A stretch of 64,000 nt of DNA from a virus: IMG/VR virus record IMGVR_UViG_3300020220_000040, positions 4,541 through 68,540 of that record. One strand, written 5' to 3'. A program made the position numbers and the translations under genes. Shown in pieces: positions 37,224 to 46,699 of the stretch (its first letter is position 1; every line of letters starts with the position of its first letter). The notes under the pieces are model-generated. The model had not been told where the DNA came from. It did no database searches and was given only the letters and a program-made list of their open reading frames with translations.

Positions 37224-38421
37224 ACCCGAGGTGGCGGAGACCCCGAAGGCGAAGAAGGGGGCCCTCCCCAAGGTGGGGAAGCTCGCCAACATCGCAGCGG
37301 CGGCGAAGAAGGTGTTCAAGGGCGACTCTTGGCTTGCCAAGATCGACCCGGACTCCCTCGAGGAGTCTCACCCGCACGTCCCCACGGGCAGCCTCATCAT
37401 CGACTACCTGATCGGGGGCGTCCCCAACGCCAACGGTGTCCCTCCGTGCCCCGGGTTGCCCCGCAAGTGCGTCACCCAGCTTTGGGGGCAGGAAGGCGCG
37501 GGTAAGACCACCCTCGCCCTCACGGCGGCGGCGGCAACCATCGCGTCTGGTGGCGTGGTGTTCTACGTGGACTGGGAGAACGCCATCTCCATCGACTACG
37601 CCGCGAGGCTCGGTGTGCCTGTGGCGGACGACACCAAGTTCATGCTGGTGCAGCCCTCCACCTTGGAGGATGGCCTCAAGCTCATCCGCATGGCCGCCAT
37701 CGGTGGTGCCGACCTCATCGTCATCGACTCTGTGGGTGCCGCCGTCCCCGAGAACATCGCGGGTCGCGATGTGTCGGAGACGGGTGAGCAGGCTCGCGTG
37801 GGTCTGGCCGCCCAGCGGTGGTCGGAGTTCCTTCCGCAGCTTCGCGGCGACATCCTGAAGTCCAACGCGGCTGTCCTCGGCATCTCCCAGACCCGCTCGA
37901 AGATCGGCGGCATGGGTCACGGGCCGCAGTTCGAGCCCCAGGGCGGTCAGGCGTGGAAGTTCTACACCGACCTCCGCATCGAGATTCGCCGCATCCAGCA
38001 GGAGAAGGCCAAGCTCGTCAACATGCTCTCGAACCGCACCGAGGAGCGTGTCGTCGGCAACATCATCAAGGCCAAGATCGTGAAGTGCAAGCTCTCGGAC
38101 GCACAGGGCCGGGAGGAGAACTTCTACATCCGCCAGGGTGAGGGCATCGACGACATCCGGGCCACCATCGAGATCGCCATCAACCACAACATCATCCGCA
38201 AGCAGGGTGCGTGGTTCAACTACGGCGAGTCGAAGTGGCAGGGCATGGAGCAGGTTCGGAGGCACTTCAAGTCGAGCCGTTCGGACCTGGCGGAACTGAT
38301 CAACAAGATCCGGCCTCACCTCTCGAAGAAGACCGATGAGGGTCCGGAGGCGGACGTGGACGACGAGATCGGAGACGCGCTCGACGACTTCATCAAGGAA
38401 GTGGCCGAAGAAACCGAGTGA
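37192..38421 (+). CDS. recA: RecA/UvsX recombinase
   Basis: PTGSLIID, GQEGAGKTTL, VIDSVGA, SQ.R.KIG, GGQAWKFY, GAWFNY. Confidence 0.92.
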   Translation: MARKAATTETEPEVAETPKAKKGALPKVGKLANIAAAAKKVFKGDSWLAKIDPDSLEESHPHVPTGSLIIDYLIGGVPNANGVPPCPGLPRKCVTQLWGQEGAGKTTLALTAAAATIASGGVVFYVDWENAISIDYAARLGVPVADDTKFMLVQPSTLEDGLKLIRMAAIGGADLIVIDSVGAAVPENIAGRDVSETGEQARVGLAAQRWSEFLPQLRGDILKSNAAVLGISQTRSKIGGMGHGPQFEPQGGQAWKFYTDLRIEIRRIQQEKAKLVNMLSNRTEERVVGNIIKAKIVKCKLSDAQGREENFYIRQGEGIDDIRATIEIAINHNIIRKQGAWFNYGESKWQGMEQVRRHFKSSRSDLAELINKIRPHLSKKTDEGPEADVDDEIGDALDDFIKEVAEETE

Positions 38422-38438
38422 GCCGGTAGGGTCAACCC

Positions 38439-39671
38439 ATGCCGATCCGCATCCGGGCTCGAAACTTCCAGTCGATCGAGGACGCCGAAATCGTCGTCGA
38501 TCGGTTCACGGTCGTCACGGGCCCGAACAACAGCGGCAAGACCGCACTCCAACGCGCCGTCCAAGGGGTGTTCACCAACCCCTCGGGCGACGCCTTCGTG
38601 CGTCATGGGGCCGAGAAGCTGATCGTGGACATCGACTTCGGGAACGACGAGACCGTCTCGTGGGAGAAGGGTCCCAAGGTCAAGCCCAAGTACACCGTGA
38701 AGGGCAAGGCCATCCATCCTGGCCGCCAGGTGCCCGACGAAGTGCTCACCCTTGGCATCCAGCCCATCCAGGCGGGGGCCATCGCGGTGTGGCCCCAGGT
38801 GGCCCCACAGTTCACCGGACAGGTGTTCCTGCTCGACCTTCCAGGCTCGGCCATCGCTGAAGCGGTCGCCGACGTAGAGCGGGTGGGGAAGCTCACCCAG
38901 GCTCTCCGTCTCGCGGAGTCCGACAAGCGGTCTGCCTCCGCCGAGTTGAAGGTGCGGAAGAAGGACGTGGAGACCGCGAACTCCGCCTTGAGCGAGTTCG
39001 CGGGGCTGGACGCGGTGGGCGTCGTGGTGCTCTCGGTTGAACAGACCTTCGAGGACGCTCGAGCCACCCGGGTTCAGTTCGAGGCCGCCGAGAAAGCCCG
39101 CACCCGGATCCAGAACGCGACGGCCGAGGCCAACGCTCTGGCTGGGGTTCGTCTTGTTCAAGTGCCCTCTGAGGAGCTTGCCTCGAAGGCTCTCAACACG
39201 GGACGCGCCTGCACCCAGATCGAAGGTGTGAGGACACGTCTGACCAAGGCGCAGTTGCTCGTGGGGTCGCTTCAGGGGCTACGGGACGTTCGGGTCCCCC
39301 CAGCCCCCACCAAGGCCATCGAAGCACAGAGGGAACTCCGCGAGGCCCAGACCCTGCGGCAGAAAGTGTCCTCCTCCACGGCCGCCTCGAAGAAGATCGA
39401 GGCGATGAGGGCCGCCCTCGCCCAGATCAACGAGGCCAACCTCCAACAGAAGATCGACCGGGCCTCCCAGGCCAAGAAGGGGAACACCTTCCTTGAAGGG
39501 CTTCGGACGCGGATGAGTGCCGCCAAAGGTGAGATCGCTTCGCTGACCTCGACGCTGGCCGAGAAGAAGCAACTGCTCGACGCCACCGAGGTGGAGATCC
39601 GGGAAGTTCTCGGCGGGATGGGCTCTTGCCCGGTGTGCCAGACCTCCATCTCGGGTAGCCACACACACTGA
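38439..39671 (+). CDS. SbcC/Rad50 N-terminal half (Walker A, coiled coil, zinc hook)
   Basis: NFQSI, GPNNSGKT, Q-loop, terminal CPVCQ; no Walker B. Confidence 0.85.
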   Translation: MPIRIRARNFQSIEDAEIVVDRFTVVTGPNNSGKTALQRAVQGVFTNPSGDAFVRHGAEKLIVDIDFGNDETVSWEKGPKVKPKYTVKGKAIHPGRQVPDEVLTLGIQPIQAGAIAVWPQVAPQFTGQVFLLDLPGSAIAEAVADVERVGKLTQALRLAESDKRSASAELKVRKKDVETANSALSEFAGLDAVGVVVLSVEQTFEDARATRVQFEAAEKARTRIQNATAEANALAGVRLVQVPSEELASKALNTGRACTQIEGVRTRLTKAQLLVGSLQGLRDVRVPPAPTKAIEAQRELREAQTLRQKVSSSTAASKKIEAMRAALAQINEANLQQKIDRASQAKKGNTFLEGLRTRMSAAKGEIASLTSTLAEKKQLLDATEVEIREVLGGMGSCPVCQTSISGSHTH

Positions 39672-39679
39672 GGTCCCAC

Positions 39680-41914
39680 ATGGTCCGGCTGGTCTGGCGC
39701 ACCGACGTACATCTCTCGGACACCTCTCCGGCTTCCCGGAAGGACGACTGGGCCGACACCGTGTTGGGGAAGCTCAAGCAGGTCGGCATGGTGGCCGATC
39801 GACTTCGGGCTGCGGCTGTCCTCGACGGGGGAGACTTCTTCCACGTCAAGTCGCCCGGCCGGAACACGCACGACCTCGTGCGGAGAGTGGCGGACCTCCA
39901 TCAGGGGTACTCGTGCCCGGTCTACGCGAACGTGGGCAACCACGACTGCGTGTACGGGGACTACGCCTTCCTCGACCAGCAGCCACTCGGGGTTCTGTTC
40001 GCGACAGGTGTGTTCGGCCGGTGCTACGACGACTTCGAGGTGTTCTTCGGCCCAGCCGACACCACGACCTCTGAAGTGCGTGCGTACCCCTTCACGAAGA
40101 AGGACGGGTGGCTGAAGGGCAACCCCTTCACCCTCCGCGACACACACCAGGTCGGGAACATCCCAGTCGTCCGGGTGGTGGGCATTCCGTACCACGGCAC
40201 GACCTACGACCACCTCCGCTTCCGCAACATCAAGAAGGGGGAGGAGGACCACCTCGTCTGCATGGCCCACGTCCTTGCGTCCGAGAAGGGCGGCACGATG
40301 TTCGAGGGCGAGGACATCATCAAGTACGCCTCCCTGGTGGACCTCGACCCGGACGTGTGGTGTTTCCTGCCCGGAACGAAACTCATCGACTGGAACGGTC
40401 GCCAGATCGACATCGAGGCGGTGTCGGAGAGCCTGGCCGTGAGTGGCCGAGCCGGTCCAGTCGTGGTCGAGAAGGTGCATCCCGCACGAGAGGTTGACGA
40501 GGACGTGGTGCTCCTCGACGTAGAGGGGGTGCCTTCTGGCCTCATCCCTGGCGTGACGGTAGAACATCCCTTCTGGGTGGCACGAGGGCTCCAGTGCCGA
40601 CTACCGTCTCGGGCAGATAGGAGATGCCATCCTGACAAGCCGAGGGAAGCCTACCCGTGTCGGTCCTGCCAGGAGCCACCCGAGGCACGTCCTGAGTGGC
40701 TCGCGGCGGGCCAGATCGCGGTAGGAGACTACGTGGCCATTCCCGTCCGACCCATCCCGACCGGTGGATCTATGTGGGAGCCCGGCCTGGCGCGGCTCCT
40801 CGGCTACTACCTCGCGGAGGGGCACGTAATCCTCAACCGCAGCGGGGACCCTATCAGTGGAGTCGGGTGGTCATTCCACTCCGATGAGACAGACCTCCAC
40901 GCGGATGTGCGCCGCCTTGTGGGCGAGCACTTCGGGATCGAAACCCACGAGTATTCGTTGGAGAAGTACGGCCAGCGGTGTGTGCAGGTACGCGCCTACG
41001 GGGGGGCAGTCGCATCCTTCATGGGCGAGCACGGGGGTCGTCACGCAGAACAGAAGGAGATGTCTTCGGCGGTGTGGAACTTGTCCGCGGCGGCTAGGTT
41101 GGAGCTGCTTGTGGGGTGGCTTTTGGGGGATGGACACGCACGCAACCCTGGGAGGTACGACCGGGTGAAGGCTGAGGTGATGGGTGCGACGATATCCCCG
41201 AACCTCGCATCGCAGATGCACGCTATTGCTCTTTCGATCGGGCTTCGACCGTTCTACACCCTCCGGCAGGCCAGCCACGACACGGACACCCTACCGTGCC
41301 ATATCCTGTCGTTCTACGGGGACGACGCCGAGATGCTCGGTGCCCGGCTTGGGGTAATGTTCCCCGAGCGGGAGAAGACCAAAGTCGCAGGGTTCTTCCG
41401 CGATGGACTCTATTGGGCTCGCGTGCGCGGTGTCGCGATGCAGCGATATCGCGGACCCGTCTATAACATCCGCACGTCCACACAGGAGTACGTTGCTGGG
41501 CTGCTTCTAACGCACAACTGCTTCGGCCACTGGCACAAGGACCAGGGGGTCACCACCTTGGGAGGCAAGACCATCGTGAACATCGGCTCGCTGACTCGAG
41601 GCTCCTTGTCCCAGGACGAGATGACTCGTCGTCCGGCATGTGCTGTCCTCACGTTCCAGCGGGCGCAGCCCGTTCAGGTCCAGGTCGTCCGGCTGAAGGT
41701 GGCTCCCCCAGAGGAGGTGTTCGACGTGGAGGGCCGTGTCCGACAGGAGACACGCTCGATGACCATGGACGCCTTCGTGGACTCTGTGAAGCGCAAGCTC
41801 GTCACCGAGCGGGGGAAGGACATCGGTGAGATCCTCGATGGGATGCCCGACGTGCCTGACAAGGTTCGAGAGCGGGTGCTGCTGTACCTGGAACGTGCGG
41901 AGAGTGGGTCATGA
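39680..41914 (+). CDS. sbcD: SbcD/Mre11 nuclease containing an intein
   Basis: TDVHL, GGDFF, GNHD, AH, GHWH, NIGSL.R. Confidence 0.88.
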   Translation: MVRLVWRTDVHLSDTSPASRKDDWADTVLGKLKQVGMVADRLRAAAVLDGGDFFHVKSPGRNTHDLVRRVADLHQGYSCPVYANVGNHDCVYGDYAFLDQQPLGVLFATGVFGRCYDDFEVFFGPADTTTSEVRAYPFTKKDGWLKGNPFTLRDTHQVGNIPVVRVVGIPYHGTTYDHLRFRNIKKGEEDHLVCMAHVLASEKGGTMFEGEDIIKYASLVDLDPDVWCFLPGTKLIDWNGRQIDIEAVSESLAVSGRAGPVVVEKVHPAREVDEDVVLLDVEGVPSGLIPGVTVEHPFWVARGLQCRLPSRADRRCHPDKPREAYPCRSCQEPPEARPEWLAAGQIAVGDYVAIPVRPIPTGGSMWEPGLARLLGYYLAEGHVILNRSGDPISGVGWSFHSDETDLHADVRRLVGEHFGIETHEYSLEKYGQRCVQVRAYGGAVASFMGEHGGRHAEQKEMSSAVWNLSAAARLELLVGWLLGDGHARNPGRYDRVKAEVMGATISPNLASQMHAIALSIGLRPFYTLRQASHDTDTLPCHILSFYGDDAEMLGARLGVMFPEREKTKVAGFFRDGLYWARVRGVAMQRYRGPVYNIRTSTQEYVAGLLLTHNCFGHWHKDQGVTTLGGKTIVNIGSLTRGSLSQDEMTRRPACAVLTFQRAQPVQVQVVRLKVAPPEEVFDVEGRVRQETRSMTMDAFVDSVKRKLVTERGKDIGEILDGMPDVPDKVRERVLLYLERAESGS
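40361..41518 (+). mobile_element. Intein with LAGLIDADG endonuclease
   Basis: CFLPGTK start, T.EHPF, LGYYLAEG, GWLLGDG, VYNI, THN/C junction. Confidence 0.9.
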
Positions 41915-42318
41915 AGTCCAAAGAAGAGCGGAACAAGGCCATGACCGAGATGTTCGCCAAGACCTACGGGGGCCCCGCCGTGCGACAGCCCAAGAACGCC
42001 CCTGTCGCGGGCAGGGCCATGTCGATGGGGGCCACCATCCCCGGGTCCACCTGTTCGTTGTGCGCCGGCCACGAACCGCACACCCACATCTCGCCCCTGA
42101 TGGCGAGGGAGGGGGTGCCAGTCGAGCCCTTCCGTGTGGCGAACATCTCGCCCACGTTCCTGTACGCCACCATGGTCCCGGCCCCCCAGTGCGAGGGCTG
42201 TCACGTCGAGATGAGCCAACACGATTCGACCCACTGGGAGTGCCGCGAGGCAGCTTGCTCCGAGCGCGGGAAACCCGTACCGGCGCATCTCTCGGGGGTC
42301 TACCCCTTCGTTTCCTAG
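41911..42318 (+). CDS. Hypothetical Cys-rich protein
   Basis: ATGA overlap; CxxC motifs. Confidence 0.55.
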   Translation: MKSKEERNKAMTEMFAKTYGGPAVRQPKNAPVAGRAMSMGATIPGSTCSLCAGHEPHTHISPLMAREGVPVEPFRVANISPTFLYATMVPAPQCEGCHVEMSQHDSTHWECREAACSERGKPVPAHLSGVYPFVS

Positions 42319-42361
42319 CTTGGCAGGTAGGGTGTACCCCAAACCTCTGCTGGGAGATGAC

Positions 42362-43282
42362 GTGGGCAAGGCTTTCACGCTCTACTGGAGTAGCCTCGAG
42401 ACCTATGAACGCTGTCCACAGCTTTTCCTGTGGGGGCGTGGTTGGGGGACCATCGACGTGGGCGGTGGTCCGGGGAAGTCCAAGCCCAAGCCGCTGAAGG
42501 ACTCCCGCCACCACGCCATCATGGGCATCGTCATCCAGAAGGTCATCGAGCGGATGTACAACGATGAGCTTTGGCGAACCCCCGACGGTTTGCAGAAGCG
42601 ACTCTTGGACATGGTCGAGAAGGAGTTCAACTACGAGGTCAGCCGCAACTTCATCGACTGGCGACAGGCTCCGTCGAAGTTCGAGATGTTGCGGACGTGC
42701 CAGGATGGGGTGAGCGGGTTCCTTCGGACGCTGAAGGCCCAGAAGCTCCTCGGTCCCTACGCTCGAGCCGAGGTCGAACTCCTCGGGTGGGTGAACCAGT
42801 ACACCCCCATCGGCGGTCGGGCGGACTTGATTCTCCGTCGGGACGACAACGGCACGACCATCCTGGACGGGAAGAACTCCAAGGACAAGGGCAAGTACAC
42901 GAACCCCGACCAGCTTCGGTGGTACGCCCTCTGCTACTACCTCGGGTACGGCAAGCTCCCCGAGCGGCTGGGCTTCCTCTACTACCGCTACCCGGCTGGG
43001 TTCGAGAACCCGGATGGGACGATCGAGACGGGGGTGGACTGGGTGCCGGCCACTCGAGCCGACATCGAGGGTCTCGCCAAGCGGGCTGTGGATGCTCGGA
43101 AGGCGATGGACAAGGAGAAGTTCGAGGCCACGCCGTCCCCCTCGACTTGCAAATTCTGCGACTACGAGACGGTCTGCCCGGCCCGTCAAGCCCAGAAGGC
43201 CGCCAACTCCCGCTCCCGCAAGAAGGGAAAGGATGGCGAGGAGCTTGAGATCGGCGACGGTTTCGCCGAGTTGAAGATGTAG
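42362..43282 (+). CDS. Cas4/AddB-like PD-(D/E)xK exonuclease
   Basis: SSLETYERCP, GRAD, LDGKN, QLRWYA, CKFCDY..VCP. Confidence 0.85.
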   Translation: MGKAFTLYWSSLETYERCPQLFLWGRGWGTIDVGGGPGKSKPKPLKDSRHHAIMGIVIQKVIERMYNDELWRTPDGLQKRLLDMVEKEFNYEVSRNFIDWRQAPSKFEMLRTCQDGVSGFLRTLKAQKLLGPYARAEVELLGWVNQYTPIGGRADLILRRDDNGTTILDGKNSKDKGKYTNPDQLRWYALCYYLGYGKLPERLGFLYYRYPAGFENPDGTIETGVDWVPATRADIEGLAKRAVDARKAMDKEKFEATPSPSTCKFCDYETVCPARQAQKAANSRSRKKGKDGEELEIGDGFAELKM

Positions 43283-43337
43283 GGGGGGTCCAAACCTTAG
43301 GCATTCGGGTAGAGCACGGAACGGGTTCGGAGGCGAA

Positions 43338-43610
43338 GTGGACTTGGACCAACGGTTGGAGGCGGCCACCAAACGTCGAGAGACGCTTGCGGCCGAGTGC
43401 CGTCGCCTGGAAGGGAAGTTGGAAGCCGCCGAGACGGCGCTCCGAGCCGTTGAGGAGGAGTGCCGTGCCAAGAACATCGATCCCGCCAAGATCGATGAGG
43501 TAATCGAGCAACTTCGAGCCAAGTACCAGACCCTCGTGGAGCAACTAGAGCAGGACGTGGCCGCAGCGGACCGCGCCCTCACACCTTTCCTGAAGGAGAC
43601 GACCGGATGA
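43338..43610 (+). CDS. Short coiled-coil protein
   Basis: Heptad-rich ORF with GGAGG RBS. Confidence 0.7.
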   Translation: MDLDQRLEAATKRRETLAAECRRLEGKLEAAETALRAVEEECRAKNIDPAKIDEVIEQLRAKYQTLVEQLEQDVAAADRALTPFLKETTG

Positions 43611-44767
43611 AGATCACAGCAACCAAGAAGGATCTGACTGCCGCCTACCAGATCGCTTCGCTCGGAGTGGGCAGCGGGGAGGACAGCGACATCCGGACCC
43701 ATCTCTTGCTTCGCGTTCGAGACGGCAAGCTCGAGATGCTGGCGAACAACTTCGGTCGTCTCATGGCCTCCGCGTTCGTCGTGAACGCCAAGCTCACGGA
43801 CGCCAACGAAGGGGACGTGTTCACAGTCCCGGCCTGGCGTTTCGCGAAGTTCATCTCGCTCATGCGTGGAGATGACGAGGAGGCGACCCTCACCCACGGG
43901 GACGGCATCACCAAGGCCGCCAGCAAGCGGGGCACGGGCAAGTGGGCCGCACTCGACCCGAGCACCTTCCGCTACACCGACAACACCTTCGCGGAAGCCA
44001 CCCAGGTGGCGACGGCCAACATGGAGCGGCTGGCGAACACCCTGCTCTACAGCCGGAACTTCGTCCACGAGCAGGAGAACAAGTCTCCGAACCTCGTTCT
44101 GACCGAGTGCCGGAACGGTCTGTTCTGGGCGACGGACTCCATGTGCATCTCCATCGTGGAGAACCCCGACTGCGCCCAGTCCACGCTGCGGATCCACGGC
44201 AAGGACATCGGCACCCTCACCCCCTTCCTGTCGACCAAGGGGATCGAGACGGTCGAGTTGTTCGAGCACCCCAACATGGTGTTCTTCCGTCACCCCGGCG
44301 AGGTCGGTGGCATGGTCGGTGTCGCCCGCTGGGTCCACGAGTTCCCGGCGATGAAGATCGACCGCGAAGAGAAGCCCAAGTGCGGGTTCACCGTCAGTGC
44401 CGAGGGGCTCAAGGAAGCCCTGGAGTTCTTCGACGCCTTCGCCCAGAAGGACGACACCCAGGTCCGCTTCCGCTTCGAGAAGGACGGCGAGGTCGTCGTG
44501 TCGATGGCCTCCGGCTCGGGGGCGAGCGAGGACGACGACCAGGTGCTCACCTTCATCGAGTCGGACAACATGTCCGCCTTCAAGGATGCGGGGTTCACCG
44601 GCTTCTCGCTCACCAAGAAGTCGGTCAGCTTCCTGGCCGACACCTTCCTCTCCGAGAAGCAGGTTCGGTTCGGTGTGACCTGGGTGAAGAAGAACGGGTA
44701 CGTCACCATCAAGTACACCAAGGACCAGACCAACTACTTCACCCTCCTCCTGTGGCACCGGAAGTGA
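43607..44767 (+). CDS. dnaN: DNA Pol III beta sliding clamp
   Basis: 386 aa, MKIT...DL start, ATD motif, EFP; clamp-loader genes nearby. Confidence 0.7.
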   Translation: MKITATKKDLTAAYQIASLGVGSGEDSDIRTHLLLRVRDGKLEMLANNFGRLMASAFVVNAKLTDANEGDVFTVPAWRFAKFISLMRGDDEEATLTHGDGITKAASKRGTGKWAALDPSTFRYTDNTFAEATQVATANMERLANTLLYSRNFVHEQENKSPNLVLTECRNGLFWATDSMCISIVENPDCAQSTLRIHGKDIGTLTPFLSTKGIETVELFEHPNMVFFRHPGEVGGMVGVARWVHEFPAMKIDREEKPKCGFTVSAEGLKEALEFFDAFAQKDDTQVRFRFEKDGEVVVSMASGSGASEDDDQVLTFIESDNMSAFKDAGFTGFSLTKKSVSFLADTFLSEKQVRFGVTWVKKNGYVTIKYTKDQTNYFTLLLWHRK

Positions 44768-45411
44768 GTCTCCCTGACCTGCCATCCGTGCAGGTCAGTT
44801 CCCTCCGCTCACGCTTGGAGCAAGCGAAGGGGCGGAGGGACGGTCTACGGGTACGCCTGAGCCAAGCACAGGCCGAGGTGAAACGGCTGGAGGCCGAGGA
44901 GGAGGTGTCGGATCTGGCTTCGGGCTTGATCCGCACCCTCATCGACTCCGAGGTGACGGACGGCGTGAAAGCTGTCGAGGAGTTGCTGACCGAAGGCTTG
45001 CGTGCGGTGTTCGACGACCAGGACATCTCGGTGCGGGCCGACGTGGACGTGTCCCGAGGCAAGGTCAGCGTCGACCTCATCACCATCCAGAAGCAAGCGG
45101 ATGGGACCGTGACCGAGGGGTTGAGTCGGGATGCCTACGGGGGTGCCGTCACCACCGTGCAGTCCGCCCTCCTGCGGGTCATCGTCACGGTGCGCCGTGG
45201 GCTTCGTCCCGTGCTGTTCCTGGACGAGACGCTGCCCGCGTTCGACTCGAACTACGTCCACAACATGGGGGCGTTCCTCCGGGTGCTGTGTGAGCGCCTG
45301 GGGGTGGATGTCCTCCTCGTGTCCCACAACCCCGCGATGGTCGAAGCCGCAGACCACGCCTACCGCATCCAGAAGGTCAACGGGGCTGCCACGTTCAAGA
45401 GACTCCGCTAG
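44764..45411 (+). CDS. SbcC/Rad50 C-terminal half
   Basis: Coiled coil, signature-like AYGGA, Walker B LFLDE, H-loop VSHN, ADHAYRI. Confidence 0.85.
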   Translation: MSLPDLPSVQVSSLRSRLEQAKGRRDGLRVRLSQAQAEVKRLEAEEEVSDLASGLIRTLIDSEVTDGVKAVEELLTEGLRAVFDDQDISVRADVDVSRGKVSVDLITIQKQADGTVTEGLSRDAYGGAVTTVQSALLRVIVTVRRGLRPVLFLDETLPAFDSNYVHNMGAFLRVLCERLGVDVLLVSHNPAMVEAADHAYRIQKVNGAATFKRLR

Positions 45412-45434
45412 CGAGTGGGTAATGTGCGGAAGTC

Positions 45435-46094
45435 TTGGGAGAGCGCGTGAAGTCCGCAGGATCCATCCGACACAAGATCAGCCAGATCCGTTACCGGCAC
45501 CTCAAGAAGCGCCTGGAAACGGAGTTGCGCCAGGTCCCCGGCAACTGCGTCTACAACGCGGTCATCCCACCCCCAACCCTTCCAACGGGTCAGACCCCCA
45601 ACGGAGTCCCGGTCGGAGTGCCCCTGTCGGGAGGCGAGGGGTTTGGAATCTGCATGTTCGGGGCGGGGGACATCGCGAAGTGGAAGCCCACGTTCTGTGA
45701 TGAACAGGTGGATGGCGGAACACGCGCCAAGAAGTGCTCGGATTTCTGTCCGCGTCGCTCGAAGGAACAGGTGAAAGACGACTTCGCCCAAGAGCTTCAG
45801 CGGATGACCCTGGCGGAGGTGGCCTACAACTACCCAGACCTGGCGGCCTTGATCTGGGTGCTCGACGAGTCCGACTTGCCCCCTCTCGGCACGGAGGAGT
45901 CTGTCGAAGCTCCGGCCTCGGAACCCACCCCGCCTCCGCCTCCCACTCAACAGGTGCCGGTGGTGGCTCCCCCGGGCCCCGTGGCGGTAGAGGCGGAGGT
46001 GCTCCCCCTCGAGCCGGCGACCGGGTTCCTTCCCGCCGCCGTTGAACCGAAAACTACGTGGTGGTCGCGACTTCTTGGAGGCGTCTGGCCATGA
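45435..46094 (+). CDS. Hypothetical protein
   Basis: Contiguous ORF with Cys residues. Confidence 0.6.
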   Translation: MGERVKSAGSIRHKISQIRYRHLKKRLETELRQVPGNCVYNAVIPPPTLPTGQTPNGVPVGVPLSGGEGFGICMFGAGDIAKWKPTFCDEQVDGGTRAKKCSDFCPRRSKEQVKDDFAQELQRMTLAEVAYNYPDLAALIWVLDESDLPPLGTEESVEAPASEPTPPPPPTQQVPVVAPPGPVAVEAEVLPLEPATGFLPAAVEPKTTWWSRLLGGVWP

Positions 46095-46699
46095 GCGAAC
46101 CTGAAGTCGTACCTGTCCCGACGGGCATCCCCATCCCCGGCGACCTGCTGCGTCTCGGAACCCTGGACCGGAAGAACAGCCGCAACGCGAGGGCTGTGCC
46201 TCTGATGATGGAGTTCTCGGTCAACCCCCAGACCGGGCCGTTCCTTGTGTCCGCGAGCCGTGGGCTGATGTGGGTCACTCCGCGTGCCCCGAAGATCCGA
46301 GCGGCCTCCAGGCCCATCAAGCTCGGGCCGTTCTTCATGGAGGTCGTCCGTGAGGTGGCGGGGATGGGGAAGGACTCGAACTGGGGCAACACCCACCCGA
46401 TGACCCCAGAGGGCTTGATCCAAGCCGTCGCACACCTGCGCTCCTATGACCTGACGGACTTGGAGATCCTCCGGGGACCGAACACGGACATGAGCGCCTT
46501 TCCCGAGCCCGTCGCGGGGCCCGAGGACCAGCCCTTCCTTGTCGGACTTCCGCTGGTCGAGGCAGACTGGCTGGAGCCCGGCTACCTGGTGGTTGTCCCT
46601 CAAGACCGCGACTTCGTCGGCTTCATGCTGATGTTCGGTGAGCGCGGGTTGGCGGTGGTTCACAACGCCAGTCGGGGGATTGCGCTGTGTCGGGCATGA
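46091..46699 (+). CDS. Hypothetical protein
   Basis: ATGA overlaps on both sides. Confidence 0.6.
   Translation: MSEPEVVPVPTGIPIPGDLLRLGTLDRKNSRNARAVPLMMEFSVNPQTGPFLVSASRGLMWVTPRAPKIRAASRPIKLGPFFMEVVREVAGMGKDSNWGNTHPMTPEGLIQAVAHLRSYDLTDLEILRGPNTDMSAFPEPVAGPEDQPFLVGLPLVEADWLEPGYLVVVPQDRDFVGFMLMFGERGLAVVHNASRGIALCRA

Noticed and set aside
42362-43282. Cas4-like gene as evidence of CRISPR-Cas
   Set aside because: No array or other cas genes seen; it sits in the recombination block like a stand-alone phage exonuclease
41909-44785. Very long antisense ORFs (958 aa here; also 55553-57913, 31830-33911, 21922-23922, 28797-30698)
   Set aside because: Shadow frames of GC3-rich genes on the opposite strand with no recognisable motifs
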